The notes beneath the pieces are model-generated. The model ran no database searches, was not told the DNA's origin, and saw nothing but the letters and a program-made list of their open reading frames with translations. A stretch of DNA of 64,000 nucleotides, from the NCBI GenBank assembly GCA_038087875.1, contig CM075982.1:36766001-36830000 (forward strand). The letters run 5' to 3'. This document shows positions 1 to 9,794 of this stretch, piece by piece; position 1 is the stretch's first letter; every line of letters starts with the position of its first letter. Made by a program: the position numbers and the translations under genes. This DNA comes from Malacoraja senta. Lineage: Eukaryota.

Positions 1-384
1 CAAATTGAGGCCTCTGTTGAGGACAGACCATTCTGTATCGGAAAGTGGGAGGTCGGGGGGGATGGGGATAGTTTGGCGGATGAGGGATAGTTACTTTTTG
101 ACCAAACAAGCACATTTTTAGACCCCAAACTACTAAGGTCTGAACTTACAGAACTTGGTTTTTCCCACTCTGCACCACTCCCTTTGTTTAAACTTGCCAA
201 AGTTGCTTTCTCAATTTAATTCAGTGAGATTATTAAAAAGGTTTACAAATAGCACAGCACTGCGATTGTGGAAAAATTAAATATCTTATCTTGGACATTT
301 TTTCTTGGAAACGGATCTTTTGCAGATACTTCCAGGAATTTCCCGATGACGCATAAAAGTATAACAAATAGGTACAGAAGCAGC

Positions 385-1185
385 AAAATGACCACCTGGT
401 GGCGCCGTGAGAGGCAGCCTCGCCGACAGCCTTTGTCCCTTTCTTCTGTTGATTTTAGTCCGTTTTATGTGTATGTTTTACTTGATCTTTAGTTTTTGTA
501 TTATGTGGGGGGTGAGGCGGGGGAAACTTTAAAAAATCTCTTCTGACGGAGATGCGACTTTTTCCCATGTATTTCAGTCCGCACTGCGGCCTAACATCGT
601 GGAGCTGGCGGTCCCTTTGCTAGGGATAGACTTTGGGAACTACAACCGCAGGAGCTTCAACTGCCCCGATCGAGGGAGCCTCGATCGCCCCGACTGCAGA
701 TGTTTTTATCACCCCGACCGCAGGATAAAAGGAGGAAGAAGGTAAAGTTATTCGCCTTTCATCACATTGAGGAGTGCGATGTCACCGAAAGCAAGATGGA
801 TGCTGCTGCGCTGGTGGGACCCGGAGGGATTGCTGTGAGTGCGGTGGTCTCTGTGTTTGCGGGGACGTCGCGCCACGAGAGCGTCCTGGAGATTGGTGCG
901 AGTGCGGACGGCGTTCTGACTTTTCGGGCAGATAGGGACTGCAGATAGAGTGACAAGCGGTTGGCACAACTCTGTTCACATCACGGTGAAGAGCTTGTTT
1001 GTGGCCCAGACATTGCCTGTGGGTTTCTGCTTTTGCTGTGTGCCTGGGGATTCTCACACGCCGCTGTGAAGGCTGTTTATGTTTAATTTTTATGTAATAT
1101 TGTGTCTTGTTGCTTTATTTTGGTGTGACTATATGATAAATTAAATTTCATTGTACCTTAGGGTACACATGACAATAAAGGACTA
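385..1185 (+). mobile_element. GC-rich non-autonomous retroposon family, copy 1 (Rex1-type 3' tail)
   Basis: Shares the 5' GGCGCC..cagc motif, T-rich block, GGGGGAAAC, GGAGATGCG, GCGGCCTA and the 3' tail aatttcattgtacc..ggtacacatgacaataaa with copies at 4975, 7875 and 46236. Confidence 0.75.
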
Positions 1186-1609
1186 TTTAATTATTGAAAT
1201 GGCTTTTCAAGCTTTGTCTCCACTGGCATTGAATGAGATCATAGCTGATCCTACCTACCCCCTCAGATCTCTTGTAGTTTAAACGTATGTCACTCTCTGC
1301 CTTAACTTGACGCATCTAACTACCAAGTCAACTAGCGAGATGCTCACTGCTATGTCAGAGGTAGAGCACAATGAAGAATCTCACAAGTTGTGCACCAAAG
1401 CGAGCCTTTCAGCCACACATTGTTAACTTACCCGAAAGTTACCGTAATCAATTATTTTCATTAATGCTAACTTCCTTCAATAAAATTTATACATAAAAGC
1501 AGAAAGTCATTTTGTAATGGTGCTGAAATCATTCTGAAAGACAATCTTAAATATATCACATGCAATTGATGCTCACTAAGCTCTTGTTCTGCAATAAGAA
1601 TAAATTACA

Positions 1610-1785
1610 GACAAGGTGAACAATTTGCAGAACACTTCTGTTCAAGCTGCAATGGTGATTTTGAACTTTAAGTCACCTGTTATTATTTTAATTCCTATCC
1701 TGGACCTATCAATCTTTGGTCTCCTTCCTGTATAGTTCTGATAATGCCTGTAGGCTTGGGAATACATCTTCTGACTTGCATTTGA
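1610..1785 (+). mobile_element. Degenerate Penelope-like GIY-YIG C-terminal remnant
   Basis: ggtgaacaatttgcagaacac..ttttaattcc resembles 52750-52900 of the Penelope copy in this window. Confidence 0.4.
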
Positions 1786-1931
1786 CCTCCCAAAGTGCAA
1801 AACCTCACAATTGCCTCAGTCCAAATGGGCTCCTTCAGAATTGTTTTAAGTTTTAAAAGAATCAAATGTCTGAAGAATAAATGGGGTTATCGAAATGTCA
1901 TTCATAACTAAATATTTTCTTTCATTTCAGA

Positions 1932-2207
1932 GGGGCGGCACAGTGGCGCAGCAGTAGAGTTGCTGCCTTACAGCGTCAGAGACCCGGGTTCAATCCTGAC
2001 TACAGGTGCTGTCTGCACGGAGTTTATATACGTTCTCCCTGTGACCTGCGTGGGTTTTCTCCAGGAGTTCCGGTTTCATCCCACACTCCAAAGACGTACA
2101 GGTTTGTAGACTAATTGGCTTGGTAAAATTGTAAATTGTCCCGTTTGTGTGGGATAGTGTTAGTATGCGGGGATCCATGTTGTATCTCTAAACTAAACTA
2201 AAAACTA
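1932..2207 (+). mobile_element. HE1-type V-SINE (tRNA-derived)
   Basis: tRNA-like head (ggcacagtggcgcagcagtagag A-box; gggttcaatcc B-box), V-domain (gttctccctgtgacctgcgtgggttttctcc), (ctaaa)n tail. Confidence 0.9.
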
Positions 2208-2309
2208 GGTAAATCAGAGCTATTCAAATGATCGGAGTTAGAGCTTTTATTGAGAAACACACATGGTGAGAATTGTGTTTAAACAGTGCATTACGTAGCC
2301 TCAGGTTAT

Positions 2310-2560
2310 TAGTCACTGTCAAAGGAAACACAGAAGACAATTTACACACAGCAGACTCCTGCAAACAATGTGATAATGATTAATCAATCGATTTTAGTGA
2401 TGCTCAAAGATAAGCATCGGTCAAGTCATGAAGAAAATATTTCTGTTTCATTACGCAGTGGCAGGGAATCCTTTCCAGCCAGCCAAGAGTATTGATTGTC
2501 ATCTCATTTGAAAAACAACATCTCCAGCATTCCCTCCGTACGACACTCCTCTAATTAGAG
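2310..2560 (-). mobile_element. SacSINE1/DeuSINE-like old SINE remnant
   Basis: cacagcagactcctgcaaacaatgtgataatg..gtcatctcatttgaaaaacaacatctcc..cattccctccgtac matches the recalled reverse Deu-domain consensus. Confidence 0.6.
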
Positions 2561-2599
2561 GCTACTATGCTACCAACAAAAACAGAGCAGCCCCCATGA

Positions 2600-2798
2600 A
2601 TAAAGACTGCAAATGCTAGAATCTGGAGCAAAGAGTAAACTACTGGAGGAACTGGTTGGTTGCACAACATGTATTGAGGGCAAAGGAAAGAAATGTCGAT
2701 GTTTCAGAGCTCGACCCAAAATGTTGGCAACTCCTCTGCCCCATCTCCCATTGATGCTCCTCAACTTGCTGAGTTTCTCCAGCTATTTGCATTTTGCC
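2600..2798. mobile_element. Penelope-derived fold-back terminal repeat (old)
   Basis: ctgcaaatgctagaatc..ctggaggaact and inverted tgctgagtttctccagc. Confidence 0.7.
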
Positions 2799-3512
2799 AA
2801 AGAAAAATACTTCTCACTGCCATGTACAAGAGATACGGAATACCTTTGCAACAGGTTTAGGTTCCAGGTTATTCTTGTCATGTGGATTTAGCCCAGTTTA
2901 TTACTGGCCAGAGCACCCTACCACTGACAGTGGTACAGTGAAATGATTGGTTTGCATGCTATACAATCAAATTAGATAATAGTATACATAAATACAATCA
3001 AGCCAAATTAATGTACATTAAAGGGCTGTCCCACTGCGGTGACCTAATCCGCGAGTTCAGAAGAGTGTCTTCAACCTTCAAGCTCGAGGGCACTCGCCTG
3101 GAAAACCTCGAACTGGATCGACCGTCAGCGACGAAACCGCGAGCTGGATCGACCGACCGCACGCACGCACACACATATACAAACGCATCGCAAAGGCGGG
3201 GGCCAGGGAAAGCGGGGGAGCGCTGTCTGAAATTCACACCCGCGATGAAGAGGAAGGTAAAAGGCGGTTGCACAGTGTATAAGTCCTTTAGAGAGCGTGG
3301 GGGAGGGGAGGGGGAGAGAGAGAAGGGGAAAAAGGGAGGGGGGAGGGGGGGAAGGGAGGGTGGAAGTGAAGGGGGGGAGGGGGGGAGGAAAGGGGGGGAG
3401 GAAGGGGGGGAGGGGGGGGAGGAAGGGGGGGGAAGAAGGGGGGGGAGGAAGGGGGGGGGGAGGAAGAGGGGGGGAAGGAGTGGAGACACTTTTAAGAAGT
3501 CAGATAAAGTTT

Positions 3513-3736
3513 TAAAGAAGGAACTGCAGATGCTGGAAAATCGAGGGTACACAAAAATGCTGGAGAAACTCAGCGGGTGCAGCAGCATCTATGGAGCGAA
3601 GGAGATAGGCAACGTTTCGGGCCGAAACCCTTCTCCAGTCTGAAGAAGGGTTTCGGCCCGAAACGTTGCCTATCTCCTTCGCTCCATAGATGCTGCTGCA
3701 CCCGCTGAGTTTCTCCAGCATTTTTGTGTACCTTTA
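3513..3736. mobile_element. Penelope-derived fold-back element (near-perfect 187-bp palindrome, 3546-3732)
   Basis: Arms are reverse complements about 3639, with one visible mismatch near the centre; TSD ataaagttt at 3504-3512 and 3737-3745. Confidence 0.9.
3640..3667 (+). ncRNA. Minimal type-I hammerhead-ribozyme-like core
   Basis: CUGAAGA-A-GGG(UUUCGG)CCC-GAAAC-GUU; palindromic ACGU stem III; stem I only ~2 bp. Confidence 0.6.
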
Positions 3737-4974
3737 ATAAAGTTTAGCGGGCATTTTACCTAATGGTCGGTTTTCCTTGGTCCTGAAAACTCCAATGAGC
3801 CAATTAAAATGCCCGGTCAGCGAAGGAGATTGCCTACGGCTGCCCCCAACTGCCTGTAAATACATAGCGACCCCACTCCACTGCACTACGAGTTCAAAAG
3901 AACCATGCCAACCAATTTTTACTCATGGAAAAATTTTCAGCATGCTGAAAATTTTTCCACAACCTAGCTGAGGCCGCGAGTATGCGGGAACTTCCCTCGA
4001 GCATGAAGGAGAGTTCCAGTGACCTCATAGGACCTCCTAGGGCCACGTGTCGACCATGCTGCGAGTTTGAGTCGAGGGTAAACTCATCTAAACTCGCAGA
4101 TTAGGTTGCCGCAGTGGGACAGCCCCTTTAGGGTGGAAGATAGAGTTCATAATATAGTTCTTAGTATATCATAACAATTTCAGAGAAAGTACGATGTTCG
4201 CAACAAGGTAGAATCCTTTGATCACTGTACCCTAGCTTATGGAAGGGCAGTTCAGAAGCCTGATACGGAGGAGTAGAAGCTGTTCCCACGTCTGGTGGTG
4301 CTCTCTTTCAAGCTTCTTAATCTTCTGCCTGACTGCAGTGGGGTCAAGGAGAAATGACTGAGGCGGGATTATGTTGGCTGCTTTTCTGAGGCAGCATGTA
4401 GAAATGAGGAATTGTAGATGGAGTCGGTGGTAGGGTGCCCTGGCCTGTGTGATAAACTAGGCTGAATCCACAACTCTGTCATTTTTTGCGGTTTTGGGCA
4501 GAGCTGTTCCCAAACCAAGCTGTGATGCAGTCGTCAAAGTCTGTTAGTCATTGGAGATGTGCCAAATTTCCTCAGCTCCTGAGCAAGCAGGTGTGTTGGT
4601 GTGTCTTCCTGCTGTCGCTTCAATGTGATTGCTCCACGAAAGATCATTGGTAATATTTACACAAAGGAACGAAGCTGTCAACCATTTCCACTTCGGTACC
4701 ATTGATGCTGATCGAGGCATGTACCCCATCACGCTTCCCGAGATCGATAATTAGCTGCTTCATTTTGCTGACATTGAGGTTGTCCTGACACCATGTTATT
4801 AATAAGTTCTCTATCGCATTCCTGTACTCCTTCTCGTCATTTTTTCACGCTCCAGCACACCGCAGTGGTGTCATCTGCAAACTTGTGGATGAGTTAGTTT
4901 ACTTTTCTGCAGTCGTGAATGTATAGGGGACCGAGAACCCATTCCTGCAGGCCACTGATGATGAGAATGAGGAA

Positions 4975-5812
4975 CGATGCCGAGGAAGAGAGGGGCGCCG
5001 TCGAGTATGGCTGCCCAGACTGCAGCTGTCCGTCCTTTTCACCCTCTAAAATTTTTTAGTATGTTAAAAGTGTTGTTTTTGGAGGTTTTCTAGTCTTTTT
5101 ATTTGAGGGGGGAAACTTTTTTTTCTCAGTCCCTACCTGGTCGGAGATGCGGTTTTCCTCCGAGCTGCATCTTCGCCCCTTCCTCGCGGCCTACCAACGG
5201 GACTGGAGCGGCGTTTCCTGCCGGGACCGGCAAGAACTTCAGCTTCGGCGCAGCGCTGAAGCACCATCGCGGAGTGGGCAATGCCTTATCGAGGGTCGCC
5301 GCGTGGTAAGCTTCGGAGTGCTGCGACCGCCGACTCCAACATCGCGGAGCTGTGCGGTCTGCGGAACGTCCAGCCGCGGCGGCGCTTACTTTCAAACTCC
5401 GCGGAGCCTGGGATCTCTCATCGAGATCGCCAATGTCGGAGCTCCGACCAGCGCGGCCTGTGGACTAAGGGAGCCGCGGTATCGGGTAGGAGGCGGCCGT
5501 TCCAGACACTCCAAGCCGCTGAGAGTGTTCTCCTGACGCCGGAGCTCCATCATCCGGCGAGAGGGCCTGAAACATCAGGTCACCGTTGCGGCGACTGCGG
5601 AGGCCTCAATAGGCCCGACCATGGGTGAACAAGAGGAAGAGGACTGGACTCTGTTGCCTTCCCTCACAGTGGGAACCATTGTGGGGGATGTTTTTATGTT
5701 TGGTGTTAAATTCTTCTTTAATGTTGTGTCTTATTTTTATTGGTGTGCTGCAAAATGGCAATTCAAATTTCACTACACCAATGGGTGTATGTGACAATAA
5801 ATGTCCTTGTCC
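4975..5812 (+). mobile_element. GC-rich non-autonomous retroposon family, copy 2
   Basis: Same conserved blocks as copy 1; tail aatttcactacacc..gtatgtgacaataaatgtccttgtcc. Confidence 0.75.
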
Positions 5813-5828
5813 TTAGAATTATTATAGT

Positions 5829-6028
5829 NNNNNNNNNNNNNNNNNNNNNNNNNNNNNNNNNNNNNNNNNNNNNNNNNNNNNNNNNNNNNNNNNNNNNNNN
5901 NNNNNNNNNNNNNNNNNNNNNNNNNNNNNNNNNNNNNNNNNNNNNNNNNNNNNNNNNNNNNNNNNNNNNNNNNNNNNNNNNNNNNNNNNNNNNNNNNNNN
6001 NNNNNNNNNNNNNNNNNNNNNNNNNNNN
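5829..6028. other. Assembly gap (200 N)
   Basis: Run of N; the round length suggests a fixed-size scaffolding gap. Confidence 1.
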
Positions 6029-6089
6029 GAATGGAATCTTAAATCCTAATCTGGCCTGTATGGGACCAAATGCCCACTATATATGTGTG

Positions 6090-6265
6090 ATTCTTCCTAG
6101 GCAGTCTCATGTAATTTGCCTCCCCTTCAGTTCTGTGACTGGTGATGCCCATGAAGGCTCCAACAGACTCTGTCACAGGTGGTATGGGACATGGCATGTT
6201 TTTCTACCATTTTTGCCAGCTGTCTACTTTTGCTGCATAGACTGGTACCTTCCAAGAACATACTC
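6090..6265 (-). mobile_element. RTE-clade LINE 3' end remnant
   Basis: Reverse strand: cacctgtgacagagtctgt..ggcatcaccagtcac (C-terminal TCDRVC..SH-like motif) and tail ctgcctaggaagaa. Confidence 0.5.
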
Positions 6266-6689
6266 TTCTGTTTTGATCAACCACAAACAGGCTTTGAGAA
6301 CATTATTGATGAGTTTTCTATCCTTGCAAATGACAAATGTCCAGTTTTTAGTTCATGCATGGTTCCTCGAGGTTCATGATGCATATTTTGAGACAATGCG
6401 CTTTCAAATGAATGATTAATGTTAAGGGATTTTTAGCCACAAAGCATTCATAGTATGTTGGATACCCCTCAATTCTTCAAGGACCAAGCAGAAAACTTTA
6501 CCAAATAGTGCTTTACATAGGAAACAAACTTCAACTGAAATATCACATTAAAAAAGAATAAAGTGTTGTTTATATCACACTTCAAAAGCCCCACCAGCTT
6601 TGCAGTGCACAAAAAACAACTTTGATGTTTGATGCAGAGCAAGGCAGTTGTAGTAAGAAACCCTGGCTCTTGAGAGAAATGTAAGCACT

Positions 6690-7035
6690 ATGTCAGGAAA
6701 TAGGGGTCAGGTATAGACAGCTGAGATCAGCAAAATCCTTGGACAATTGGGGATCGAGAGCGATCAGAAGGGCAAAAGGGTGGCATAAAATAGCTCTAAC
6801 AAACGAGATTAAAGAGAACAAAAATATTTAACAAATATACTAAGGGAAAAATGGTATTAGAGGGAGAATAGGGTCCCTTACAAACCAAAGTGATCACCTG
6901 TGTATGAGAGCGGCAAGGACCTCAATTAATATTTTGCCTCTGTTTTTACCACAAAGACATGAAGACTAAGGAACTTGAGAAAGACCAAGGACAGTCTGTA
7001 TTACAGTTGAAGAAGTGCTGGATGTCCTAAAACAT
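6690..7035 (+). mobile_element. CR1/HER1 LINE fragment
   Basis: gattaaagagaac..agaatagggtccct..tattttgcctctgtttttacc (IKEN..RIGPL..YFASVFT). Confidence 0.75.
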
Positions 7036-7149
7036 ATGTAGAAAGGGGTCCTTTGGGGTCCTTCTACCCACCACAGCTAAACCAAACTTTATTTGATCCA
7101 CTATAATTTATTTGCCCTCATTACATCTTTATCCTTCTCAGCCTTTTCT

Positions 7150-7570
7150 CGTTTTAGTTTCAGTCTAAATACCTCTTAAACATAGAAATTGTATCCAATT
7201 TCTCTCTCCCCCCCCCCCCCCCCCCCCCCCCCCCCGGCCATCAGCTCACTCCAGGTATCTACCACTTCTGCTTAAAACTGTTCTCTTCTTTAAAACTCCT
7301 TCCTCTCATCTCAGACTCGTGTTCTCTTGTTTTGATACCGCTACCATGGGAAAAAGATTGACTATTGTATCTATGCCTATAATGATCTTATATACTTCTA
7401 TTTGGTCACCCTTTAGCTTCCTTCACTCCAAGGAAAAGAAGAGTCGATCCATTCTTTCTCCATAACCAAAGTCCACCAATCCAGGAAACATCATCATAAG
7501 TCTCCTCCGCACTCTTTCCGACACAAACACACTCTTCCTCTGGTGTGACAACCAGACGTTTACGCGGGAC
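7150..7570 (-). mobile_element. CR1 LINE 3' fragment
   Basis: Reverse strand: tccttggagtgaagg..ggtgaccaaatagaagtatataagatcatt. Confidence 0.65.
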
Positions 7571-7874
7571 TTCAAATGCCCAGGGTGTCCCCATTTTGCC
7601 ACTGCTGACCCAAACTTTTACATTCTCAGTCGCACAGAATTTTTACAGACTAAGTTGGATATTAAACTGAATTACTTCAACTGAATTACTTCAACAATTG
7701 AAGTGCTGAATGCAGCTAAAAACTAATTAATCACATTATTAATATTGTCAATGGTAATTAGGCCAGTGAAGCTTCTGAAGCAAACAAATAAACATAATTG
7801 GTCACAAGGTTGAAAACTTGGGGAAACCTATTTGGTCATAGATGAGATTTTCTTAAATCTATGCAAAATCCATC

Positions 7875-8655
7875 GGGTGGCGCCACCGCAGTGGCTGCCT
7901 AACCCGCAGCTGTTAGTCCTTTCAACCTTTTTGTTATTTTTAATGCGTCTAAATGTATGTTTTAAATGTTTCTTAGTACGTCTTATGTTCGGGGGGGGGT
8001 GAATAGGGCGAAACCGTTTTTCAGTCACTTACCTGGACGGAGATGCGTCTTTTCCCCATGGCGCATCTCCCCCACCTCCCCCCTCGCGGCCTACCAACTG
8101 GATTGGCGCGGCCTTTCCTTTCCAGCCAGAGCTTCAGCTGCGCAGCGCTGAATTATCTTCACGGAGCAATTCCTTGCCGGGGATCGCCTGTGTTCGAGCT
8201 CCGGAGTGTTGGGCCTGCTGACTTTAACACCGTGGAGCTGTGGTTTGCGGTGCTTCTAGCAGCGGACAGCGCTGACTTTAATATCGCAGAGGAAGGCAAT
8301 CCCTTGCCAGGGATCGCCAGTGTTGGAGCTCTGTCCAGCTCGGCCTGTGGACTTCAGAAGCCGGGGCCGATTCAAAATCTCCAAGCCACGAGTGTGTTCC
8401 GATCCATTCCGACGCCGGAGTTTCGATCATCCCAGCGAGAGGGCCTGTACATCGGACCGTCCATAGCGGCGACTGCAGAGGGTTCAAAGGCCCCGACCAC
8501 GGGGGAACAAAGAGGAAGATGACTGAACTTTATTGCCTTCCATCACAGTTAGGAATGGTGATTCCGCTGTGGTGGACGTTTATGTTAAACTCTATCGTGT
8601 AATGTGTTCTTTTTACTTGTATGGCTGTATGGTAACTCAAATCTCACTGTACCAA
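7875..8655 (+). mobile_element. GC-rich non-autonomous retroposon family, copy 3
   Basis: ggtggcgccacc..ggctgcc 5' block; gccttccatcacag..ccgctgtggtgg; tail aaatctcactgtacc. Confidence 0.75.
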
Positions 8656-9794
8656 TGGAGACCATGGATAGATGGAACAGAGAACCTATCCATGTTCTCC
8701 AACAATGCTGACTGGCCCGCTGAGTTACTCCTGCACTCTGTGCCCAGTTTGTGTAATCTCTCCTCAATCCTTTGAGAGCAGACAATTGCATACTCCCTTC
8801 TCAGTCAATATACTTTTCCTAAGATTATGTGCTGAGGTGTGGTCTAACTAGGGCTTTCCAATTGATCATTGGAGGTCCCTCCATGTAGTCCCTTCCTTAA
8901 GATGAAAAGTTCAACATTCCAATAGCTTTTCTGATCATTTTGGAATCTGTCCAATCATTTTAACGATGTATAGTTCCTGTACTGCTTCAAACTTTTCATC
9001 CATTCTTTTTAGGTCGAAAGAGGATGAGCTCTTACTGTCTCAATTTAAATGCATTTCTCATTGATTTATCGAATGATTTAATCTTATAATATGTCATTAT
9101 AATTTCAGGTTTTTAATCCACACATAGGTCTGCCTTTCTGTGGGTCAAGAATCTTGATTACTCGGCTTTCTATCTGAACAGTTTATAAATACCAGGATTC
9201 GTTTCAGCTCCAGTGGTGGTCCTTGAAGAACACATCATAACCATTCTATCTATTTTGAACACTTAATTAAACGATAATATTACGATGGCTGTTAGATAAA
9301 TATTCATGAAGTGCTAGGATGCTGAGTAAATCTAACACATTATTAACCAGCTCATTACCAAGTATAACATGGGCTTGTCCCCATGTTGATACTCAAAAGG
9401 TAGTGTGCAAAAACCACCATCCCGAATAGCAGAAATTTATACAATTTCTGGCATGTCACATTCAAAATGCAACTCAAATTTCACTGTACCTTAATTGGTA
9501 CATGTGACAATTAAATTGAATCTTGAATCTTCAAAATGAAATAGTTTCTCAGTAATATTTTCCTGCCAAGATTATGTTTCCCCAGTTTCTTTATTTAAGC
9601 ATTGTGCCACTTCACAGCCAATGCAAAAGTCTTGTACACAATTTCTGCCAGTTTCAAATCCTTCCCATTTCTTTATTTCTGTCTTTAAAGGTAAAGCACT
9701 TAACCTTCTTTAAAAGGTCATGTTTCCTTATAGATCCTATTATTGATTATTCAACTTTAATGATTAAAGCATTATTGTCTCCAACATTTTGGAT

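Larger units (their letters stand above)
3021..4127. mobile_element. PIF/Harbinger-like MITE
   Basis: TIRs aagggctgtcccactgcggtgacctaatccgcgagtt / aactcgcagattaggttgccgcagtgggacagcccct; TTA TSD at 3018-3020 and 4128-4130. Confidence 0.85.
2930..4970 (-). mobile_element. Rex1/Babar LINE 3' portion (RT), interrupted by a MITE
   Basis: Reverse strand gives FADDT-like (gtttgcagatgacacc), WCQDNL, NITNDLSWSNHI; 3' tail tttcactgtacc at ~2935. Confidence 0.8.

Noticed and set aside
1425-1540. Minus-strand AG..GTAAGT exon-like segment (LMKIIDYG, kinase-like)
   Set aside because: All three frames contain stops between acceptor and donor
1932-2010. tRNA gene
   Set aside because: It is the tRNA-derived head of an HE1 SINE and continues into the V-domain
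2998-3643. 196-aa and 210-aa ORFs
   Set aside because: They arise from a G/A low-complexity tract within a MITE plus a Penelope palindrome; no protein signal
5740-6042. 100-aa ORF
   Set aside because: Runs through the N gap; artefact
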